Shown in pieces: positions 10,353 through 19,504 of a stretch of DNA of 64,000 nt. Each line of letters begins with the position of its first letter. Position 1 is the stretch's first letter. Source of the stretch: Candidatus Iainarchaeum sp. (lineage in GTDB: Archaea; Nanobdellota; Nanobdellia; Pacearchaeales; GW2011-AR1); NCBI GenBank assembly GCA_043815085.1, contig JBDRJG010000001.1:1594-65593 (forward strand), read 5' to 3'. The position numbers were made by a program, and so were the translations under genes. The notes under the pieces were generated by a model that searched no databases, was not told where the DNA came from, and worked only from the letters and a program-made list of their open reading frames with translations.

Positions 10353-10450
10353 TAAGTCTCGCTTTTAGAACAACGCCCTCTAATTTTATCTTGAAATATA
10401 TACGTATAATCTCTTTTTAAAAATGAGGCTGCTACTTAGTGGGTGCAGAA
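10353..10450. repeat. 98-bp direct repeat, copy 1
   Basis: Identical to 11714-11810 apart from one A in a homopolymer. Confidence 0.97.
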
Positions 10451-10465
10451 AAGAAGATTAATGAG

Positions 10466-11635
10466 TTAGAAAACAAGTTCTTTAGGACCTTTTAAATCAT
10501 CTCTAATCTCTGGATTATCCCGAGGATTATAAGCCCCTTCATTTTTAATTCTTATTTGAGAATCTCTTGTAACATATCCTATTTTCTTTGATTTTATGCC
10601 ATATTCTGACGCAATTTTAATAACTCCTTCTGGATCTGGAGTGATAATCACCATCCCTTGACCCATATTCCAGGTTTTATATGCTTCAATATCTGAAACA
10701 TTTCCTAATGCTTGCGTATACTTCATAAACTCGGACGGTTCAAAAGGAGCGTCTATTATTGCTCCTAATTGGGAAGGTTTTAATATCCTCCCAAGTTTTC
10801 CAGGAACTCCTCCGCCAGTTATATGTGCTACTCCATGAACTTTCGTCTTTGGCTCTCCGTTGTATCCTCCAAACATATCAACAACTGCAGCAGTATAAAT
10901 CTTTGAAGGAGTTAATGCTAGATCTGCTAAACTCGTATTTCCTCTTTTCCAAGGGACTTGATGCCAATTGTCACCATGATTATTTTTCATAATTTTTCTA
11001 ACTAAAGATAAACCATTTGACCTGAATCCTTCTTCTCTCAATCCAACTAAATAATCTCCTTCTTTAATTTCTTTTCCAGTAAACAATCTATCTCTATTAG
11101 CAAACCATACAACCGCCGCTCCCCAATTATAATTAAAGGATCCAAATCCTCCAACCCTGTTTCCAAGTTCAGCTACTTCTCCGTTAACAATTGCTACATT
11201 TGCTGCTTTTGCAGCACCAATGTACCCTTCTGCTAATTGTCTTATCTCTTCAATAAATGGTTTTTCAGAAGTTCCAAGTGAATTAACATCAAGAATTGAA
11301 CCAATTAAAACTGGCTCTGCCCCTCTTACAACTGCATCATCTGTAACCATTGCAAATAAGTCATAAGCGATTGTTCTATGATTCTTGACTCTTTCAGCCA
11401 ATTCCATTTTTGTTCCGACACCATCAAATCCAATATTCATTAAAGTTCCAGTAGGCAAATGAGAAACATCAATTGCTCTAACTCCTGTAAAATCATCAAA
11501 AGGAACAATTACTTCTCCCAATTTTCCTTTTCTATTATCCCAAGTTCGTTTTGCAGCATTATATAAAATTTTAGAAACATCATCGCCCAAATCAATATTC
11601 ACTCCTGAATCTGCATAGGTTGATTTTTGTGCCAT
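10466..11635 (-). CDS. purM: AIR synthase PurM-family protein
   Basis: YADSGVNID, DGVGTK, NGEVAEL, GFRSNGLSL, HITGGG, TWNMGQG. Confidence 0.9.
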   Translation of the reverse strand: MAQKSTYADSGVNIDLGDDVSKILYNAAKRTWDNRKGKLGEVIVPFDDFTGVRAIDVSHLPTGTLMNIGFDGVGTKMELAERVKNHRTIAYDLFAMVTDDAVVRGAEPVLIGSILDVNSLGTSEKPFIEEIRQLAEGYIGAAKAANVAIVNGEVAELGNRVGGFGSFNYNWGAAVVWFANRDRLFTGKEIKEGDYLVGLREEGFRSNGLSLVRKIMKNNHGDNWHQVPWKRGNTSLADLALTPSKIYTAAVVDMFGGYNGEPKTKVHGVAHITGGGVPGKLGRILKPSQLGAIIDAPFEPSEFMKYTQALGNVSDIEAYKTWNMGQGMVIITPDPEGVIKIASEYGIKSKKIGYVTRDSQIRIKNEGAYNPRDNPEIRDDLKGPKELVF

Positions 11636-11652
11636 TATTTAATATGTTTAAT

Positions 11653-11679
11653 TTTATTTTTAAAGATTATTGTGATTTT
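11653..11679 (-). promoter_or_regulatory. Putative BRE/TATA promoter of purM
   Basis: AAAATCACAATAATCTTTAAAAATAAA, 17 nt before the ATG. Confidence 0.6.
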
Positions 11680-11713
11680 TTTCTAAAATTCTTTTATATA
11701 TTAAATCCCGCCG

Positions 11714-11810
11714 TAAGTCTCGCTTTTAGAACAACGCCCTCTAATTTTATCTTGAAATATATACGTATAATCTCTTTTTAAAATGAGGCTGCTACTTAGT
11801 GGGTGCAGAA
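11714..11810. repeat. 97-bp direct repeat, copy 2
   Basis: See copy 1. Confidence 0.97.
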
Positions 11811-11834
11811 TAACACAGATAAGAATCCAAGTCC

Positions 11835-12818
11835 TTACAACTCTTCCCAAGAAACCACTTTATCAGAAGTTTTTCCTCTTAGTTCATTGAGTGTTAGTTT
11901 TTTCTCTAAAAGATAGCGTTCTAGTGTTTCCTTTAGACCATCTATAATCCCATCTCCCTTTAACATTACTTCTGTGCAATATTGTAGATTATTGGCTCCG
12001 TATGCTAAAAAAGATACTATTGTTTCTAAATCAGTACTTGTTCCCCCAGAAGCAGAAACAGGGATTCCTGTTTTTGCCAAATTATTTACAATAAGGAAAG
12101 CGAAAGGTTTTATTGTGTGGTAAGAAATCCCTCCTGGAGTTGTTCTGCCCTTGGTATTTAATCTTGGAGAAAGATTTGCTGGATTAATTGAAGTTAAACC
12201 TGCTATTGTGTTAATTGCCGCAATCGCATTAGCCCCATTCGTATGGCAAACTTCGGCAACTAATCTTTCATTTGGGTAAACCACATAAGGTAATTTTGGC
12301 ATTATTATTCCTTCCTTTCTAAAGTTATCTGCCACGGTTCTTGTAATTCTTCCACATAAATCATGGTTCTGACCTATCAAATAACCTCTCCCATGAGCAT
12401 CACTATGTGGGCAAGAGAAATTTAATTCAAACCCATCTATGAGGGTCTTAGAAAAGGCCTGAGCAAGAGTTTTCCATTCTTCTAAGTTATCCGAAGCGAA
12501 GAGACTTACAAGCAAAAGATTATTTGGAAATTCTCTTTTTAATTTCTTAGTTTGTTCTACCCAATAGTCGATAGATAACTCTGAACCCATTTCATAATTT
12601 TGTAATGCAGTTTTCTCACCCCCATAACTCAAATATCTCATATGCGGAGATTTATCTTTTAAGGGATTAAGAACCACACTTTTGGTTATTGCCCCAGCCC
12701 ATCCTTTAGAAAATGCTTGTGAGATTGCACAATAATCTCTGGTGGGGGGTCCAGAAGCTAGAATAAAAGGACTATCTAATCTCTTTCCACAAAAATCTAC
12801 GGATAAATTAGCGTCCAT
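11835..12818 (-). CDS. FMN TIM-barrel dihydropyrimidine dehydrogenase (PreA)/dihydroorotate dehydrogenase-like protein
   Basis: LASGPPT, GWAGAITKS, ELNFSCPH, AINT, GGIS, SASGG; no C-terminal ferredoxin domain. Confidence 0.85.
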   Translation of the reverse strand: MDANLSVDFCGKRLDSPFILASGPPTRDYCAISQAFSKGWAGAITKSVVLNPLKDKSPHMRYLSYGGEKTALQNYEMGSELSIDYWVEQTKKLKREFPNNLLLVSLFASDNLEEWKTLAQAFSKTLIDGFELNFSCPHSDAHGRGYLIGQNHDLCGRITRTVADNFRKEGIIMPKLPYVVYPNERLVAEVCHTNGANAIAAINTIAGLTSINPANLSPRLNTKGRTTPGGISYHTIKPFAFLIVNNLAKTGIPVSASGGTSTDLETIVSFLAYGANNLQYCTEVMLKGDGIIDGLKETLERYLLEKKLTLNELRGKTSDKVVSWEEL

Positions 12819-12906
12819 AAAAACCCAAAAGGAAAATACTTTAAAAGAATATATTTCTTTAATCGCTATAATAACACTCTGTTTGGGCGTTGAATAGAAT
12901 GAGATA

Positions 12907-12986
12907 CGCCCCCAGCAGGAATCGAACCTGCGAGCCCAAAGGGCCTGGTTCTCAAGACCAGTGCAATACCACTATGCGATGGAGGC
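12907..12986 (-). tRNA. tRNA-Ser(UGA)
   Basis: Acceptor GCCTCCA/TGGGGGC, anticodon arm CTGGT-CTTGAGA-ACCAG, long variable arm GCCC-TTT-GGGC, T arm GCAGG-TTCGATT-CCTGC, G discriminator; CCA not encoded. Confidence 0.96.
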
Positions 12987-13063
12987 CCCCATAAACTTAC
13001 TTCATTCACTAAATTATTAATGACTAAAATAGAATCAAAGTTTAGATTAAAAATCTTACTGTC

Positions 13064-13390
13064 TCACAATTTTTTTCTTAAAAAGAACAAATAATAAACC
13101 AAAGGCAAAATTCCCGGTAAAATAAGACAGCCAATCACCATTGCAATTGCATTTGCAACATTTTTCTCTTTTATTGCGACTAATACAATTAAAGAAATTG
13201 CATATAATCCAGAGTATGCATAAAATATAATTAACCATCTCATAGAAGACAACATTGAAAATATCATTTGATTAACAGCTTCTTCTGTTGAAGCTTTTGT
13301 AGGACCAGAAAAAACACTAACTAATACAATTACAGCTAAAATCACTAAAATTAAAGTGGCTATATCATAAAATACTCTTGTTTTACTCAT
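13064..13390 (-). CDS. Small 3-TM membrane protein
   Basis: Hydrophobic ORF, probable start MSKTRV. Confidence 0.65.
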   Translation of the reverse strand: MSKTRVFYDIATLILVILAVIVLVSVFSGPTKASTEEAVNQMIFSMLSSMRWLIIFYAYSGLYAISLIVLVAIKEKNVANAIAMVIGCLILPGILPLVYYLFFLRKKL

Positions 13391-13425
13391 TAGATTAATT
13401 AATAAAATATAATTCTTAAATTTTA

Positions 13426-13698
13426 CTATAATCCAAAAATTCTTCTCCACCAGGGTTTTTTTATTGGAATTGGTCTATCATTTTCATCAAGAATCTCATA
13501 TTTTATAGTTGGTTTCTCTCTAAGAATTGGTGCCTCTTCTGCAAGCTCTTTTTGGGTCCTTTCAAGAGCAGAATCTATCATTGTCCTTGAATAACCTTGA
13601 TTAATTAGCGCCCATTTAAGAGATTCTCCAGTATATCCTTTTTTTAAATTTTTCTTAAAATAATCCACAAGTCTGCTTTTATATTCCTCGCTTCTCAT
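13426..13698 (-). CDS. Hypothetical protein (YFKKNLKKGY...LINQGY helical module)
   Basis: 90-aa ORF with a TATA-like element upstream. Confidence 0.75.
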   Translation of the reverse strand: MRSEEYKSRLVDYFKKNLKKGYTGESLKWALINQGYSRTMIDSALERTQKELAEEAPILREKPTIKYEILDENDRPIPIKKPWWRRIFGL

Positions 13699-13735
13699 AA
13701 TAAAAACAAGAAGGTTGAAGTTTAAAAGATTTTGT

Positions 13736-15220
13736 TTATTTAAAAATTATTGGCTTTTCTCTCTTATAATAATCAATTGCTTCTTGCAAACGAGGCCTTG
13801 ATTCTGCATAAATTGTCAGAATATTGCTTCCCTTTTTTAATTTATTTCCAACATGCGCAGAAAGATATAATCCTGAAGATTTATCAACTGGGCATCCTGC
13901 AATTCTTGCAAGCAAGTTAATCTTTATATTATCAATAGATTCTACTCTCAAAGAAGAACTTGCAAGAATATCTTTTTTGAATTTTCCTAATTCAAGATGT
14001 TTTATACTTCCATTCTGGGCTTTAATTATCTCTACAAATTTTTTAAATGCTTTTCCAGAATCCAAAATTTCTTCTGCTCTTGCAAAACCTTTTCCTTTCT
14101 TTGTCTTTCCTGTCATTTCTAGGAGTTGCCCAGCTAAAAACAGGGATTTTTCTCTCAAATCTTTCGGCCCCCCAGTTTCAAAAGGGTTCAAAACTTTAAT
14201 CACATCCATAAGTTCAAGTATTGGCCCAATTCCATTTCCAATTGGTTGATCTCCTTTGGTTAAAACAACTTTTAATTTAATTTTAAAATGCTTTCCTAAC
14301 CTTTCAAAACTCTTCTTTAGTTTAAGTGCTGATTTTTTGTTTACCTTCGCTGTCTTTCCATAAGGAATATCTATAATAAGATATTTACTTCCAACTGCAA
14401 TTTTTTTAGCCATTATAGAGGCTAAAAGTTGTGCATAGGGGTCAATTTTAAGTATTCTCTCTACTCGAATTATTTTTGAATCTGCTGGAACTAATTCCAG
14501 TGAGCCGCCCCAAACAAGAAATGCTCCTGTTTTTCTGATTATTTTTTTTAATTCTTTAATTGAAAATTCTACCTGGGCAATTGATTCTATCACATCTGCT
14601 GTCCCAGTAGCACTAGTTATTGCTTTCGAAGAAGTTTTTGGAACAGTTAGTCCTGCAGCAGCACAGATAGACACAACAATAGGGGTTGTTCTATTCCCTG
14701 GAATTCCTCCTATACAATGTTTATCCACTATAAACTTTCCAGGCAGAGAAAGAACATCCCCTGATTCAATAAATGCCTCAATCAGACTAATCGTTTCTTT
14801 GAGATTCATCTTATTTTCATACATTCCTGAGACAAAGAGCGCAATCTCTGGATCAGAAAGAGAATTATTTACTATATCTTTTATTATCTCTTTAATTTCT
14901 TCTTTAGAAAGTTTCTTTTTATCCACTTTTTTTCTTATATAAGAAAGGCTAACAGGGGATTTTGCAATATTTACATCTACTCTCTGCCCTTCTCGCAAGC
15001 TAAATAATTCTTTTATTTCAGAAGAGATTCCAATTTCATCTTCCTTAATAATTTTCTCAACAATATCTACAATAGAAGAAAATTCGCCATCCTTCCTTGA
15101 GAGTTTCTCAATAGATATTCTATCATTCTTATGAATCCCCATCTTTTCTGCAGTCTTTAGATTAAGCATAACTACCGGAATTCCTGCAGACCATTTTAAC
15201 AAACGAACTTTTAGCTCCAT
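13736..15220 (-). CDS. AMP phosphorylase (thymidine phosphorylase family)
   Basis: N-terminal beta-barrel domain, DKHCIGGIPGN, PKTSSKAITS, SIMAKK, QPIGNGIGP. Confidence 0.93.
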   Translation of the reverse strand: MELKVRLLKWSAGIPVVMLNLKTAEKMGIHKNDRISIEKLSRKDGEFSSIVDIVEKIIKEDEIGISSEIKELFSLREGQRVDVNIAKSPVSLSYIRKKVDKKKLSKEEIKEIIKDIVNNSLSDPEIALFVSGMYENKMNLKETISLIEAFIESGDVLSLPGKFIVDKHCIGGIPGNRTTPIVVSICAAAGLTVPKTSSKAITSATGTADVIESIAQVEFSIKELKKIIRKTGAFLVWGGSLELVPADSKIIRVERILKIDPYAQLLASIMAKKIAVGSKYLIIDIPYGKTAKVNKKSALKLKKSFERLGKHFKIKLKVVLTKGDQPIGNGIGPILELMDVIKVLNPFETGGPKDLREKSLFLAGQLLEMTGKTKKGKGFARAEEILDSGKAFKKFVEIIKAQNGSIKHLELGKFKKDILASSSLRVESIDNIKINLLARIAGCPVDKSSGLYLSAHVGNKLKKGSNILTIYAESRPRLQEAIDYYKREKPIIFK

Positions 15221-15254
15221 CTTTTTTAATAATTAGAAAAATTGATTTTTATAT

Positions 15255-16295
15255 TTATTCTTTTTCTGGTTTCTGAATAAAAACTTCAGGCGTCTTTTTA
15301 TCTCTATAAATTTCTAAAATTATAAGAAGATAAGCAAGAATCAAAGGCCCAAGTATAACTCCGAATATTCCGAATACAAAAAGTCCTCCTATTATTCCTA
15401 TTAGAATTATTGAAGAATTGAGCTTAGTGAATTTTGAAACAAAGATCGGTTTGAGGAGAGTTTCAATTAGAATAGAGATTAATCCGAAGGCAGTTACACC
15501 TAATGCAGCGAGGGTATTTCCTGCAATAAGGAAATAAACTGCAACAGGAAGCCAAACAATAACATTCCCAAAGACAGGAATTATTCCTGCAAATGCTGCA
15601 AGAACTGCTAGCAATACTGCATTAGGGGCTTTAAATACAAAAAAACCTATTGCAGCTATCAACCCCTGAATTATTCCGACTATTACCTGCCCATATAAAA
15701 CAGAGAGTGTTATTTCTTTAGTTGATTTAATTAATTTTTCATCCACGTCTCTTGAAAAAGGAAGCAGACTTTTAACATACAAAACTAATTTATCTCCATC
15801 TCTCAAAACAAAAAAGAAGGTGAAAAAGACCACAATTAATTGCAGAATAATCTTTGGAATATTTAAAAGAATGCTCGAGAAAGAATTCATAAGAGAATTT
15901 GTTGCTTTTGTTATAAATGTTCTTAGAGCATTAGCCACTTCATTTGAAAATGTGTCTGACTGGAAAAAATTAGGGAAAAATTTTGTGAGGGTAGTCACGA
16001 AATCCATTTGCTGAGAAGCAATGTAAAATTTTATTGATTGATTTATTACCGCTGGTGCCAAATACCAAAGAGGAACAATAATCAAAACAATTAAAAGCAG
16101 ACAGATTAAAGATGCTGTTAAATTTTTCCTTTTCAGAAATTTAATCGCGAACTTATAAATTGGGCTGAATATAAATGCTAACAAAATCCCGAGAATTATA
16201 GCCATTAGAATTGGTTTTATTATTAGAAAAGCAAGGAATATCAAGGCGATTGCTGAAATTAACGGGACAGCCTTTTTGAAAAAATCGTCTGACAT
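15255..16295 (-). CDS. AI-2E family transporter
   Basis: Multi-TM; FFFVLRDG, IPVFG, GGLFVFGIFGVILGP. Confidence 0.9.
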   Translation of the reverse strand: MSDDFFKKAVPLISAIALIFLAFLIIKPILMAIILGILLAFIFSPIYKFAIKFLKRKNLTASLICLLLIVLIIVPLWYLAPAVINQSIKFYIASQQMDFVTTLTKFFPNFFQSDTFSNEVANALRTFITKATNSLMNSFSSILLNIPKIILQLIVVFFTFFFVLRDGDKLVLYVKSLLPFSRDVDEKLIKSTKEITLSVLYGQVIVGIIQGLIAAIGFFVFKAPNAVLLAVLAAFAGIIPVFGNVIVWLPVAVYFLIAGNTLAALGVTAFGLISILIETLLKPIFVSKFTKLNSSIILIGIIGGLFVFGIFGVILGPLILAYLLIILEIYRDKKTPEVFIQKPEKE

Positions 16296-16393
16296 ATTTT
16301 ATTCTCTCGGGTTTTTCTCCATATAAAATAACCCGTAAGAATTTATAAAGGTTTGTCAAAAAAGTTTATAAAGTTGCTAGATGAAAAAGAATT

Positions 16394-17104
16394 ATGAACT
16401 TTATAAAAAAAGTGCATGACAGGAAGTTTGATGAAGAAGTCCATCTGCAGTTCCAGAGATTCTCAAAAGGAGAATTCAAAAATAGGGCTATACTAAACGC
16501 AAAATTCTCTGGAGGAAGATATACAATAAATACTAGCGCAGAGTTTGCAAATGAACTTGTGAAAGAAGTTGCAGAAAAATTGGGTTCAAAAAAGACAAAA
16601 GTGAGTGGTGCGATAATCTCCACTTTAGATTTGAAAAAAGATTTGGAATTTAAAGAGATTAAACAATTTCAGGGAGTTAAAAAATATATTCTTGAAAACG
16701 AGATGTCTGGCTCCGAGATTGTTAATTTAATCAATAAATTTCCAAAAGCATTTTTTGCATTAAGTTTTGATGCTGGAGATGAAACCATTCTTAAAACTAA
16801 AGTGAAATCTCCAAAATCTGGAAAGCCAGGAACAAAGGGGGAAGAAGCACCAAAGCCAGATTTCTGCAAATTAGTAACCAAAGACAAAAAAATTGCAGAA
16901 AATTTCATTTTTGAGAAGCCTGAATTTAAGAATGCAAAGGTTGTTCATGATTTTATTATTGAAAATATTAAGATTCCAGATGAACTGAAAGATTCAGAGG
17001 ATTTTGCACTTGTGAGAGAAAAAGCATTGCGCATTGGAAAGATTCTTAGAAAGGCGGAAATCGACGGAGAAAAACTTGTGAGAGAGTTGGATTTTAGTGC
17101 TTGA
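16394..17104 (+). CDS. Hypothetical protein upstream of rpl3
   Basis: 236-aa ORF with host-like composition. Confidence 0.8.
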   Translation: MNFIKKVHDRKFDEEVHLQFQRFSKGEFKNRAILNAKFSGGRYTINTSAEFANELVKEVAEKLGSKKTKVSGAIISTLDLKKDLEFKEIKQFQGVKKYILENEMSGSEIVNLINKFPKAFFALSFDAGDETILKTKVKSPKSGKPGTKGEEAPKPDFCKLVTKDKKIAENFIFEKPEFKNAKVVHDFIIENIKIPDELKDSEDFALVREKALRIGKILRKAEIDGEKLVRELDFSA

Positions 17105-17202
17105 GCGAAGCCTTTTTAAATCCCCTTTTTCTTGATAATTTATCCAGGGTAGAAATAAAATGATAATTTCCGCATTATTACCAAACATAAACAATATAGA
17201 AA

Positions 17203-18156
17203 ATGCCTTCAACAAAATCTCCAAGAAAAGGAAGTTTGCAGTTCTGGCCTCGAAAGAGAGTCAACAGATTTTTACCTAGTGTAAACTGGAAAGCTATTAA
17301 TTCTGGAAAGAGTCTAAAGGGGTTTATTGGATACAAGGCAGGGATGGTATCTGTTGAAATTAAGGATTTAACCCCCAATTCTATGACAAAAGATAAAAGA
17401 ATAATTATTCCAGGCACAATAATAGAATGCCCCTCTATGAAAATATTTTCTGTGAGATTCTATAAAAATGGCAGAGTTGCAAAAGAAATTCTTGCTGAAA
17501 ACCCAGATAAAGAACTTAAAAGAAGAGTCAAGCTTCCAAAAGAACATAAATTTAAATTAGATTCTGTAAAAAGTGAAGAATACGACAATGTTTCTATAAT
17601 TGCTTATTCTCAAGTGAAAAAAACAGAGATAAAGAAAAAACCAGATATGACAGAAATTGGATTGAATGGAAGTTTAGATGAAAAAATGAACTTCATTAAA
17701 ACGCATTTAAATAAAGAAATCTCTTTAGCTGAAATTTTCTCTTCAGGAGAACTTGTTGACTTAAGGGGCTTAACAAAAGGAAAAGGTTTTCAGGGCCCAA
17801 TAAAGAGATTTGGGGCCCACTTAAGATTCCACAAATCTGAAAAAGGAGTGAGAAAAATAGGGAGCATTGGACCTTGGCATCCTGCTCGTGTAACTTTCAG
17901 AGTTCCAATGGCCGGGCAGATGGGGATGTTCACACGAGTGCATTATAATCAAAAAATAATTTCCCTAGGCAAAGCACAAGATTCCCAAGATAAACTTAAA
18001 AATCTAAAAAATTATGGAAACCTTAATACAGATTATCTAATTGTTACGGGCTCTGTTCAGGGAGTTCCAAAAAGACCGTTATTAATTACAGCTACTCTTA
18101 GAACGAGCAAAATGCAGAAAAAGAAAAATTATGAATTTTTGGAGATTAAAAGATGA
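17203..18156 (+). CDS. rpl3: 50S ribosomal protein L3
   Basis: PRKGSLQFWPRKR, GYKAGM, TKGKGFQG, AGQMG. Confidence 0.98.
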   Translation: MPSTKSPRKGSLQFWPRKRVNRFLPSVNWKAINSGKSLKGFIGYKAGMVSVEIKDLTPNSMTKDKRIIIPGTIIECPSMKIFSVRFYKNGRVAKEILAENPDKELKRRVKLPKEHKFKLDSVKSEEYDNVSIIAYSQVKKTEIKKKPDMTEIGLNGSLDEKMNFIKTHLNKEISLAEIFSSGELVDLRGLTKGKGFQGPIKRFGAHLRFHKSEKGVRKIGSIGPWHPARVTFRVPMAGQMGMFTRVHYNQKIISLGKAQDSQDKLKNLKNYGNLNTDYLIVTGSVQGVPKRPLLITATLRTSKMQKKKNYEFLEIKR

Positions 18157-18455
18157 GACACAATGTTAACGAAAAAGTTTTGAAGAAAGGAATTGAAGAA
18201 ATTTTCAAAAAGAACATAAATAATGCAGAAAAAGAATTAGCCACACGATTAGAAGAGAGTAAAAATGAAACAGATAAAAAGGTGTTTGATTATTCTTTTA
18301 AAAATTTATATGATGTCAAAGAAAGATATCTTTCTTTGGTAAGTGCTGTCTCACATTATTTAGATAAAAATAAAATAAAAAAATATGAAGCTGAAATAGA
18401 TAATATGATAGATGAAAAAATTAGGGAATTAAAAAATTATATGGATAGTAAATAA
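18153..18455 (+). CDS. Orphan ORF inserted between rpl3 and rpl4
   Basis: 100 aa, ATGA overlap with the rpl3 stop. Confidence 0.75.
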   Translation: MRHNVNEKVLKKGIEEIFKKNINNAEKELATRLEESKNETDKKVFDYSFKNLYDVKERYLSLVSAVSHYLDKNKIKKYEAEIDNMIDEKIRELKNYMDSK

Positions 18456-18469
18456 AAGGGAATACAAAA

Positions 18470-19264
18470 ATGAAAGCAAAAGTATATGATACAAATGGAA
18501 AAGAAAAATCTCAGGTAGAACTTCCTAAAGAATTTTCTGCTGTTATTCGAGAAGATGTTGTTGCAAAGGTTCTTGAAACAAAGAAAAAACAGCAACCTTA
18601 CTCTCCATCTCCTGTTGCTGGAAAACAGCATTCTGCAAAAGGAAAAGTTAGACATAAAAGACACGTCTGGAGAAGCGGTTATGGAAGAGGTCAATCAAGA
18701 GTTCCAAGAAAAATATTTTCAAGAAAAGGTTCTCAATTCATTTGGCAAGGAGCTGAAGTCCCCCAAGCAAGAGGGGGTATGAGAGCGCATCCTCCAAAGG
18801 TTGTACAATTCTTAAGAGATTTAAAAATAAACAAAAAAGAACTGAGAATTGCTTTTGAATCTGCATTGAGTTCAACTGCAAATGAAAAATATGTTCTAAA
18901 AAAATATTCTAATCTTGAAAAAATTGATAAAAAAGTCCCATTAGTTCTTGTCTCAAACATTACAGAATTGAAAATAAAAGAACTGCTTAATGCATTAAAG
19001 AATATTCTTGGAAAAGAATTATTTGGGATAGCAATAAGAAAGAAATCTGTTCGAGCAGGAAAAGGAAAACTTCGAGGAAGAAAATATAAATCTAGTGCTG
19101 GAATGCTTTTTGTTTTAGGAAATAATGAAAAATTAAAAACAAATGCATTTGAAGTAAAAAGAGTCAAAGAACTAAATGTATTTGATTTAGCTAAAGGTGG
19201 TCTAGGAAGATTAACAATTTACACTGAAAAAGCAATTAGAGATTTAGGAGAAAAAAGAAAATGA
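18470..19264 (+). CDS. rpl4: 50S ribosomal protein L4
   Basis: GRGQSRVPR, GGMRAHPP, RAGKGKLRGR. Confidence 0.98.
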   Translation: MKAKVYDTNGKEKSQVELPKEFSAVIREDVVAKVLETKKKQQPYSPSPVAGKQHSAKGKVRHKRHVWRSGYGRGQSRVPRKIFSRKGSQFIWQGAEVPQARGGMRAHPPKVVQFLRDLKINKKELRIAFESALSSTANEKYVLKKYSNLEKIDKKVPLVLVSNITELKIKELLNALKNILGKELFGIAIRKKSVRAGKGKLRGRKYKSSAGMLFVLGNNEKLKTNAFEVKRVKELNVFDLAKGGLGRLTIYTEKAIRDLGEKRK

Positions 19265-19503
19265 ACCTAAAACCATTAGCAACTGAAAAAGCAATAATGA
19301 AAATAGAAGCTGAAAATATTTTAACATTCGTAACTGAATTAAAAGCGACAAAATCTGAAATAAAAAAGGATATTGAAGAATTATTCAGGGTCAAGATTGA
19401 TAAAATATCCACTCAAATAAGAAACAATCAAAAGATTGCTTATGTTAAATTAAACAAAAAAGATCTTGCAATTGATGTTGCAACTAAATTGGGATTGATG
19501 TAA
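19261..19503 (+). CDS. rpl23: 50S ribosomal protein L23
   Basis: PLATEKA...AYVKL...AIDVATKLG. Confidence 0.97.
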   Translation: MNLKPLATEKAIMKIEAENILTFVTELKATKSEIKKDIEELFRVKIDKISTQIRNNQKIAYVKLNKKDLAIDVATKLGLM

Positions 19504-19504
19504 A

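Noticed and set aside
10353..11810. Repeat pair as a CRISPR array or canonical integron attC
   Set aside because: Only two ~98-bp copies 1.3 kb apart; no spacers, cas or intI genes; attC core motifs not evident
12907..12986. tRNA with TGA read as a selenocysteine or suppressor tRNA
   Set aside because: Anticodon UGA reads UCA (Ser); the structure is a normal tRNA-Ser and TGA serves as stop in this window
18121..18480. Target duplications around the L3/L4, S14/S8 and ftsZ/secE inserts
   Set aside because: Only 8-9 nt A/T-rich matches, expected by chance
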